From contig CAVYTU010000015.1 of assembly GCA_963771465.1 (NCBI GenBank), positions 1,056,001 through 1,120,000 of the forward strand: DNA of 64,000 bases, read 5' to 3'. Shown here in pieces: positions 57,365-64,000 of the stretch. This DNA comes from an uncultured delta proteobacterium (GTDB taxonomy: Bacteria; Desulfobacterota; Binatia; UBA9968). Made by a program: the position numbers and the translations under genes. Each line of letters opens with the position of its first letter. The first letter of the stretch is position 1. The notes beneath the pieces are model-generated. The model was given only the letters and a program-made list of their open reading frames with translations. It did not search any database and was not told where the DNA came from.

Positions 57365-60300
57365 GGCGATCCTCGCCTGCAGGTCGCGCGCGTTCTCCAG
57401 CAAGCCGCGTATGCACTTCTGCTTCCGTCATCAATTCCGCCTCGCCCAGCAGGTGCGCTAACTCGGCCTCGCTTACCTGCTTCCATTGGGTCTGCGTGAT
57501 GATAACGGCCATCTCGGCTACCGTCGGCGATTCGAACATGTGACGTAGCGGCAGGTCATCAATGGAAAAAGCACTGCGTATTCGCGACATGATTTGGGTA
57601 GCAAGTAACGAATGTCCTCCCAGATCGAAGAAGTTGTCGTAGATGCCGACCTTGTCGAGATTGAGCACTTTGCCCCATATAGCGACGAGCGTTTCCTCGA
57701 TCGGTGTGCGCGCTGGCTGGTAAACATTCGCCAATTGTAGTCCGTTTTGATCTGGCGCCGGTAGCGCTCGGCGGTCTACTTTGCCGCTCGGTGTCAATGG
57801 AAATTCATCCAACGGCACCAGAGCGGCGGGAATCATGTACTCAGGTAGTTTGTGCTTGAGATACTGTCTCACTTCAGAAGCGTCGAAGGACTCTTTCGCA
57901 CGCGCTACCACATAACCCACGAGCCGCTTGTCTCCGGGCGCATCTTCTCGCACCACCACCACCGAACTCTGAACCATTGGGTGTTGACCGAGCACGGCCT
58001 CGATTTCCCCAAGCTCGATACGGTAGCCGCGCACCTTGACCTGGTTATCCACGCGACCAATGAACTCGATGTTGCCATCCGGCAAGTAACGAGCGAGATC
58101 ACCGGTCTTGTACAAACGCCGGGCCGGTTCTCCGTTGAAGGAATGATAGATGAACTTCTCGGCCGTCACCTCCGGCCGGTTCAGATATCCTCGAGCCACT
58201 CCGTCACCGCCAACGTAGATCTCTCCGACGACACCAATAGGCACTGGATTGCGGTGAGCATCAAGTATGAATATCTGCGTATGCGCAATAGGTCGGCCAA
58301 TGGTTTGCGGGCCATCAACGGTCCGGCAGGTCCATGTCGAATAAGTTGTGCATTCGCTGGGCCCGTAAAGATCGTGGACTTTGCGCACCGACGTCGACTC
58401 ATAAATTCGCCGCACCAACTCGGGTCGTAATAGTTCTCCGGCAAGATTGATCACGCGTACCGTCGAAGGTATCGCTTCCAGTCTGAGCAGCTCATTTATC
58501 GCCGATGGCACGGTGTTTAACAGACTCACCTTCGATTTATTTCGGATTGTCGTTAAAGCAAGAGCATTCTCCGCCATAATGATCGTCCCACCGCAGGTCA
58601 ACGGAGCAAAAATCTCGAAGATGGATAGGTCGAAACAGATCGACGTAGAGGCCAGAACCCCGGACAGCTCTTCTTGAGTAAAGGCGGAGCGTACCCAGGA
58701 CAAAAACGCCACCGTGTTGCGGTGTCCAATGGCAACTCCCTTGGGTTGACCCGTCGATCCGGAGGTGTAAATCACATAAGCAAGATTGTCTGGCGTGATA
58801 GAACTTCCAGGATTGGCGTCGCTTTCTTTGGCGATCAACTGCCAAGCGCTGTCCAGGCATACCCGGCGCAAGTGTGGAACTAGAATAGATCGACGAGCGG
58901 TATCGTCTAGGCTCACCTCTCGATCTTCAAATGATTTTCCTCGCGTTAGCAGAAGCGCTGCCTGCGCATCGGCCAGCATGAACTCCAGACGCTCCGCGGG
59001 ATAGCTTAGATCGAGCGGTACATAAGCTCCGCCGGCTTTGAGTACACCCAATACCGCGACGATCATTTCTATCGACCGGTCAATGCAGATACCGACCAGC
59101 ACTTCGGGACCAACATTCCGTTTACGTAAGTAATGAGCGAGTTGGTTGGCGCGTCTATTCAGTTCGCGATAGGTTATCCGCTGATTTTCAAAAATCACGG
59201 CTAAGGCGTCCGGAGCACGCACCACCTGTTCTTCAAAGACTTCGTGGATGCATTTGTCCTTGGAATCCGCTCGCTTTGTGTCATTCCATTCGACTAGCAG
59301 TTGGTCGCGTTCTGGGTCGGTGAGGATGGAGAGGTCAGCGATAGGGCACTGGGGGTTTTCAACGATGCTTTTCAGAAGGGTTTGAAAATGGCCGGCCATC
59401 CGTTCGATCGTGGACGCATCGAACATGTCCGTACTATAAGCGATAAAGCCATGCAGACCGTTTTCTCTTTCCTCGAGGAACAATTCGATATCGAACCTCG
59501 TCGTGCCCGAATCGAGCTCCAGCTCCTGCACTTCCAAACCGATCAACGCAAGCGGACATGCACTTGAGTTTCTCAGCGTAAACGACACTTGGAACAGCGG
59601 GTTCTGGTTTATGTCGCGGCTGATCTGGAGCTCTTGGACCAATCTTTCAAAGGGCAAATCTTGGTGCGCATACGCCTCTAAGCATCGCTGCCGAACTCGC
59701 GCGAGCAGATCGGCAAACTTTGGATTGCCGGACAGATCGGAACGGAGGGTTAGCAAATTCAGAAAAAATCCGATCGTATGATCCAAGGCGCCATCTTGGC
59801 GAACGGCCATGGGAACACCGATACAAAAATCGTCTTGACCGCTGTAACGGGATAGTAGCGTTTGATAGGCCGCGAGCAACGCCATGAATAGCGTGACGTC
59901 GGCATCTCGGCTGATCTCTTTCAACGATTGGGTTACTGTTGGCGCAAGCGTGAACCATTGCCGTGCTCCTTTACCGTCACGCACTCGGAGGCGCGGGCGG
60001 TCCATCGGCAACCGTAGGTCCGCAATGCCGGCCAGCCGACCGCGCCAATACGCAAGCTGGAAATTGAGAGTTTCCGTCTGTAGCGAATGGCGCTGCCAGA
60101 CCGCAAAATCGGCATACTGAATCGGCACGGATTCAAACTGGAGAGGCTGCTTGTTCACCAGCAACTCGTAAGCGATGGCTAGTTCGCGGCCTAGAATATC
60201 CATCGACCAGCCGTCAAAAATTAGATGATGGACCACGAGGATAAGCACAGATCGTTCGCTACTAAATCTAACCAATTTCACCCGCAACAAGGGGCCCTGG

Positions 60301-62561
60301 CTCAGATCGAAAGCTTGCTGGGCTTGGCTAGCGCAAAAACGAGAAATTGAGCCTGCCCAATTGGTGTCAGCTATAGATGATGACATATCTACGATCGGGA
60401 CATCGATCGTTAGAGCGGCCAAAATTTCTTGATGCGGCTTTCCGTCCGTGGACCGAAAAACCGTGCGCAACGATTCATGACGTTTGATGATTTCATTAAA
60501 CGCGCATTCCAATGCCGCTGTGTCTATGCGGCCATTGACCGCAAATGCAGCGACCAGATTATGCCTGCATGCTTCCGGCTCGAGCTGCTCGAGAAACCAC
60601 AAGCGTTCCTGCCCGAAGGAGAGTGGGAGAGGAAGCGCTCGATTACTCGATGCCAGCAACGGCGCTCGTCTAATAGCATGGGCCAGCGAATATCGTGGAA
60701 CAAAGTCTGCCAAAGCGTTTATAGTCGGCGCATTGAAAAACTCGCTCAACGGGATCTCGCTCTCTAGAACTTCATTGATCCGCACGACAACGCGCATGGC
60801 GGACAACGAATCACCGCCGAGGTCGAAGAAGTTATCATGAGCACCGATACCCCCGACTCCCAATACCTTGCCCCAAATTTCAGCCAGCCGCTGCTGCAAC
60901 GACGATTCGGGCGCGACGAATCGCGTGCCGAGCCCCGGCCGCGTGCGATCCGGCGCAGGAAGCGCTCTACGGTCGACTTTGCCGTTAGCGGTAAGTGGCA
61001 ACGACTCCAGTTGTATGAAAACCGCTGGAATCATATATTCAGGAAGCCTGCTCTTCAGAAAGTTCCGCCACTCATTGCTACTGGGCGCGATATTTTCAGT
61101 GGCAACGAAGTACGCGATCAGCCGGTTCTCATCAGAGGGTTCGTGTTTTCGCGCAACCACAACCACATCGAGGATCCCTGGGAATGGCCGTAACGCGGAT
61201 TCAACTTCCGCGACTTCGACCCCATAACCGCGAATCTTGGCACGATAATCTTTGCGGCCTTTATGAATCAGGCATCCATCGGAAAGCAGGAGACCGAGAT
61301 CCCGGGTGCGGTAGAGTCGCTTCGTTCCACCCAAAGGATCGGGCTCGAAGCGCTCGTCCGTGAGATCTGCGCGGTTCCAATAACCCGGCGACAGGTAGGA
61401 GCTGCGCACGACGATTTCCCCAACTTGATTGACGCCGACACTCTTGCCCGTGTCGTCCAGCAACAGGATGTCTTTACCAGGAACCGGGTAACCGATCGGA
61501 ATCTCGTCGCTATCGATCATACTGTCATGATCCATGAGATAGCTGCTGAGCAAGCAGGTTTCAGCAGGACTGACACCGTTGCCTAATAGACAGCTTGCTG
61601 GAAAAAATTGCCGATACAGTTCGAAATCCGTTTTGCATGCAGCCTCACTCGATATGCGCAATAAGCGCAGGTCGGAAAACCGCTCGCGGCCCATCAGGCT
61701 CGCCGCAAGACTTCGAAACAGCGGCGCGCTCAACGAACAGACCGAGACTTTCTTTTGAATTAACCAGGTGATCAGAGCCTCGATCCCATGGCGCTTCACA
61801 TCAAAGGGCAAGACTACCGCGCCAACTAGAAGCGCAAGGAATGGATGGAGCACGGCCGCCGCAGTTCCGGACGTAAGGTAACTCAACCGATCTCGGTCGC
61901 CGTGATGAAATTCATTGGTGAAAAGCATGACCTGGTGCAGCATATTACGATGCGTCCAGATCACTCCTTTGGGCTCTCCGGTAGAGCCGGAAGTATAAGA
62001 AATAGAAGCCAGCGATTCGGGAGATACGAGCAACCTGGGATTGTCCGCTGCGTAAAACCGATCCGTCGTTGCAAGATCCAGCAGTCGGCAAAGTCCGTCA
62101 GCAAGCTCTCGTCCCAACAAACCAGTCTGCTGCTCAACTAGTACGCACCGGGCACGTGCATCGGCGATGATGTTGCGGGAACGAGTCTTGGGGATAGCCG
62201 GATCGAGCAATACGAAGAATTTCTCCGCCTTCATAGCCGCCAGCATTGCAACGATCAAAGCTGGCTTGCTTTCGAACAGTAGCGCTACCGGTTCCGAACC
62301 GCGGCCGAAGCGTTCGATAATCGAGCGCGCCGCGCGATTGGCGCGCGCGTTCAACTCCCAATAGGTCAATGATTGCGAGTTGGTAACAATGGCCCAGTTG
62401 TCTGGATATTGGCTAACGACTTTCTCAAACCGCGCTGGGATCGATGTCTCAACATCTTCGATGGGAAACTCGACAAACGTTCCCGACGGATGAAAACACT
62501 TATCCCGGATCGCCTGTTGTTCCGGCGGAAGTTTGAAACCGTGATTGAGAGAGTCGTTCAT
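57357..62561 (-). CDS. NRPS A-T-C-A-T (A1 of the same atypical family as the didomains; A2 code read as DLFNNALTYK, Ala-like)
   Basis: N-terminal LPPEQQAIRDKCFHPSGTFVEFP; T1 GGDSL; C motif HHLIFDGWS; A2 CFDLSIFE and YGPSE; T2 GGHSL; tail ELAHLLGEAELMTEAEV. Confidence 0.93.
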   Translation of the reverse strand: MNDSLNHGFKLPPEQQAIRDKCFHPSGTFVEFPIEDVETSIPARFEKVVSQYPDNWAIVTNSQSLTYWELNARANRAARSIIERFGRGSEPVALLFESKPALIVAMLAAMKAEKFFVLLDPAIPKTRSRNIIADARARCVLVEQQTGLLGRELADGLCRLLDLATTDRFYAADNPRLLVSPESLASISYTSGSTGEPKGVIWTHRNMLHQVMLFTNEFHHGDRDRLSYLTSGTAAAVLHPFLALLVGAVVLPFDVKRHGIEALITWLIQKKVSVCSLSAPLFRSLAASLMGRERFSDLRLLRISSEAACKTDFELYRQFFPASCLLGNGVSPAETCLLSSYLMDHDSMIDSDEIPIGYPVPGKDILLLDDTGKSVGVNQVGEIVVRSSYLSPGYWNRADLTDERFEPDPLGGTKRLYRTRDLGLLLSDGCLIHKGRKDYRAKIRGYGVEVAEVESALRPFPGILDVVVVARKHEPSDENRLIAYFVATENIAPSSNEWRNFLKSRLPEYMIPAVFIQLESLPLTANGKVDRRALPAPDRTRPGLGTRFVAPESSLQQRLAEIWGKVLGVGGIGAHDNFFDLGGDSLSAMRVVVRINEVLESEIPLSEFFNAPTINALADFVPRYSLAHAIRRAPLLASSNRALPLPLSFGQERLWFLEQLEPEACRHNLVAAFAVNGRIDTAALECAFNEIIKRHESLRTVFRSTDGKPHQEILAALTIDVPIVDMSSSIADTNWAGSISRFCASQAQQAFDLSQGPLLRVKLVRFSSERSVLILVVHHLIFDGWSMDILGRELAIAYELLVNKQPLQFESVPIQYADFAVWQRHSLQTETLNFQLAYWRGRLAGIADLRLPMDRPRLRVRDGKGARQWFTLAPTVTQSLKEISRDADVTLFMALLAAYQTLLSRYSGQDDFCIGVPMAVRQDGALDHTIGFFLNLLTLRSDLSGNPKFADLLARVRQRCLEAYAHQDLPFERLVQELQISRDINQNPLFQVSFTLRNSSACPLALIGLEVQELELDSGTTRFDIELFLEERENGLHGFIAYSTDMFDASTIERMAGHFQTLLKSIVENPQCPIADLSILTDPERDQLLVEWNDTKRADSKDKCIHEVFEEQVVRAPDALAVIFENQRITYRELNRRANQLAHYLRKRNVGPEVLVGICIDRSIEMIVAVLGVLKAGGAYVPLDLSYPAERLEFMLADAQAALLLTRGKSFEDREVSLDDTARRSILVPHLRRVCLDSAWQLIAKESDANPGSSITPDNLAYVIYTSGSTGQPKGVAIGHRNTVAFLSWVRSAFTQEELSGVLASTSICFDLSIFEIFAPLTCGGTIIMAENALALTTIRNKSKVSLLNTVPSAINELLRLEAIPSTVRVINLAGELLRPELVRRIYESTSVRKVHDLYGPSECTTYSTWTCRTVDGPQTIGRPIAHTQIFILDAHRNPVPIGVVGEIYVGGDGVARGYLNRPEVTAEKFIYHSFNGEPARRLYKTGDLARYLPDGNIEFIGRVDNQVKVRGYRIELGEIEAVLGQHPMVQSSVVVVREDAPGDKRLVGYVVARAKESFDASEVRQYLKHKLPEYMIPAALVPLDEFPLTPSGKVDRRALPAPDQNGLQLANVYQPARTPIEETLVAIWGKVLNLDKVGIYDNFFDLGGHSLLATQIMSRIRSAFSIDDLPLRHMFESPTVAEMAVIITQTQWKQVSEAELAHLLGEAELMTEAEVHTRLAGERARPAGEDRHE

Positions 62562-62683
62562 CTTTGATTTCGAATCTGGTTCGCGAGTTCTCCGGCCAAA
62601 GTATCGTCAATCGCACCGCTGGACCTGTCAGATCCAAACCCATGAAAAAACGATCGTACTTCAGCGGAAAGCAATAGTTCAAC

Positions 62684-62699
62684 AGCAATGGCTATGCCG
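62684..62699 (-). promoter_or_regulatory. putative sigma-54 promoter of the NRPS operon
   Basis: Minus strand CGGCATAGCCATTGCT, exact GG-N10-GC spacing, about 120 nt upstream of ATG 62561. Confidence 0.55.
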
Positions 62700-63308
62700 G
62701 AGAAGACTATTTTTTCCTCGAATGAAACGGTGCGAGTTCCTGCATAACTAAGCGGACAAGTTTACGGCTAACCTGCGGCAACTGCCTCTTATAAGTACCC
62801 GCAAACTCTTGGGAATGCTCTCGGTGGAAGATCTCGGCGGGCAGTGTTGTTCGAGGATTCCGAACTGACCAAGCCTGTTTGCGAAGCGAACCCTTTGGGC
62901 CTTTATTACCGGCAGATGTTGCAAATCGGGCCGCTTCGCCTTGCGGAGGCGGTTGTCGTTAGCTGTTAAAAATGTTTGGTGATGGCGGCGCGATCGGGTC
63001 ACTGAGCGCTTCGGTTCGCCCTTCTCGGAGTGAATCGCGAAGGGCGCCGGGCCAATCAACCTTGGCGATTTCCTTTCGCCAATGCTTTCAACTTGTAATC
63101 GGGATCTTCGTCGAGCAGCAACCGTCAGTCGATGGAAAAGACTATGACTCTTCGCGCATTGTCGGATCATCATTGATCAACGCATCGAGCAATACATTGA
63201 CTCGCTTCATGCGCGTTTCGGTGTCGGATTTGCAGTCGCACAGAGCGCGCGACGGATTGACTCCAAAACATCGCTATATATGATGACGGCCATCGGGAGG
63301 ACCGGACG

Positions 63309-64000
63309 ATGGCGAAGAATGGCTATAAGATTCTCGACAGCGACATGCACATCATGGAGCCGCCGGATCTGTGGGAACGCTACATCGATAAGCAATTCCA
63401 AGCACGCGCGCCGCGCGGTATCGTCAGCGCGAATGTCCGCGATCTGCGCATGGCTTACCCTGACGGACGTGAATGGGGCAATCAAACCAGCGAAGGCAAT
63501 CGCGTCGACCGCGGCCGCAACTTTCAAAAAAACCAAGGCATCTATCGCACTCACGCCGAGCGTGGTTGGTCGTCGGAGTGCCAGCTCGAAGCGATGGATA
63601 TCGAAGGCATCGACATCGGTGTGCTCTATCCGACCCGCGGCCTACGCGCGCTGGTCGAGCCAGGCGTCGAGCCCGAGTTTGCCGCCGCCATCGCGCGCGC
63701 TTACAACGACTGGATGTACGATTTTTGTCGGATTGATCCACGCCGCCTGATCGGCGCCGGAATGTTGTCGGTTTACGATATTGCAGACGCAGTCACTGAA
63801 GTGCGCCGCGCCAAGGAGTTGGGCTTTCGCGCGGTGTTCTTGAGATCGAACCCGCTGGTCGATCACAAGTGGCACGATCCCTATTACGAACCGCTCTGGA
63901 ACGCCATTGAAGAAAGCAATCTTTCCCTCGGCTTTCATGAATCCACCGGCACGGGGAGAAATCACATCGGTGAGCGCATGGAGCCGAATATCATGCTGCG
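63309..64000 (+). CDS. amidohydrolase family protein (Amidohydro_2), 3' end off the window
   Basis: Not in the ORF track; GGAGG RBS, ATG 63309: MAKNGYKILDSDMHIMEPPDLWERY...AMDIEGIDIGVLYPT...RAYNDW...PLWNAIEESNLSLGFHE. Confidence 0.9.
   Translation, partial: MAKNGYKILDSDMHIMEPPDLWERYIDKQFQARAPRGIVSANVRDLRMAYPDGREWGNQTSEGNRVDRGRNFQKNQGIYRTHAERGWSSECQLEAMDIEGIDIGVLYPTRGLRALVEPGVEPEFAAAIARAYNDWMYDFCRIDPRRLIGAGMLSVYDIADAVTEVRRAKELGFRAVFLRSNPLVDHKWHDPYYEPLWNAIEESNLSLGFHESTGTGRNHIGERMEPNIML

Noticed and set aside
41950-62540. Recurring ~100-nt near-identical sequence considered as CRISPR, IS end or DGR template repeat
   Set aside because: Copies are 2-7 kb apart and encode the conserved N-terminal protein motif; no reverse transcriptase, transposase or cas gene in the window.
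62580-63300. attR copy of the tRNA-Leu 3' end, an integrase, or real genes among ORFs 62748..63173 and 62972..63283
   Set aside because: No repeat of the tRNA end seen by eye; the ORFs lack recognisable motifs or an RBS.

Overview
Bacterial chromosomal window. The gene content (NMT1-type solute-binding protein, Amidohydro_2, larC, PEP-CTERM protein, sigma-54 sites) suggests a deltaproteobacterial/Binatota-like organism, but this is inference. Four zones: (1) 1-6.4 kb, a cell-surface/PEP-CTERM region with a TPR protein, a secreted subtilase under a sigma-54 promoter and c-di-GMP-I riboswitch, a triple-frameshifted HTTM gene and a PEP-CTERM protein; (2) 6.5-28.7 kb, housekeeping: an 11-subunit nuoABCDHIJKLMN operon without nuoEFG, a collagen-OmpA lipoprotein, an ABC solute-binding protein, a hydrolase, larC, MFS, bioFAD, radA and tRNA-Leu(CAA); (3) 28.7-62.7 kb, a ~34 kb minus-strand NRPS operon ending 32 bp from the tRNA; (4) a partial amidohydrolase gene. 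The NRPS operon is the standout. It has 13 A and 13 T domains but only 4 C domains. Seven stand-alone paralogous A-T didomains lack the amino-acid-binding Asp and carry conserved N- and C-terminal putative docking motifs. It also contains a collapsed relic of another didomain, an oxalate-CoA-ligase-like A-T protein coupled to an oxalyl-CoA decarboxylase/HACL-like TPP enzyme, four C-A-T modules (codes read by eye as Ala, Ser, Gln, Val) and a terminal Cys-nucleophile thioesterase.
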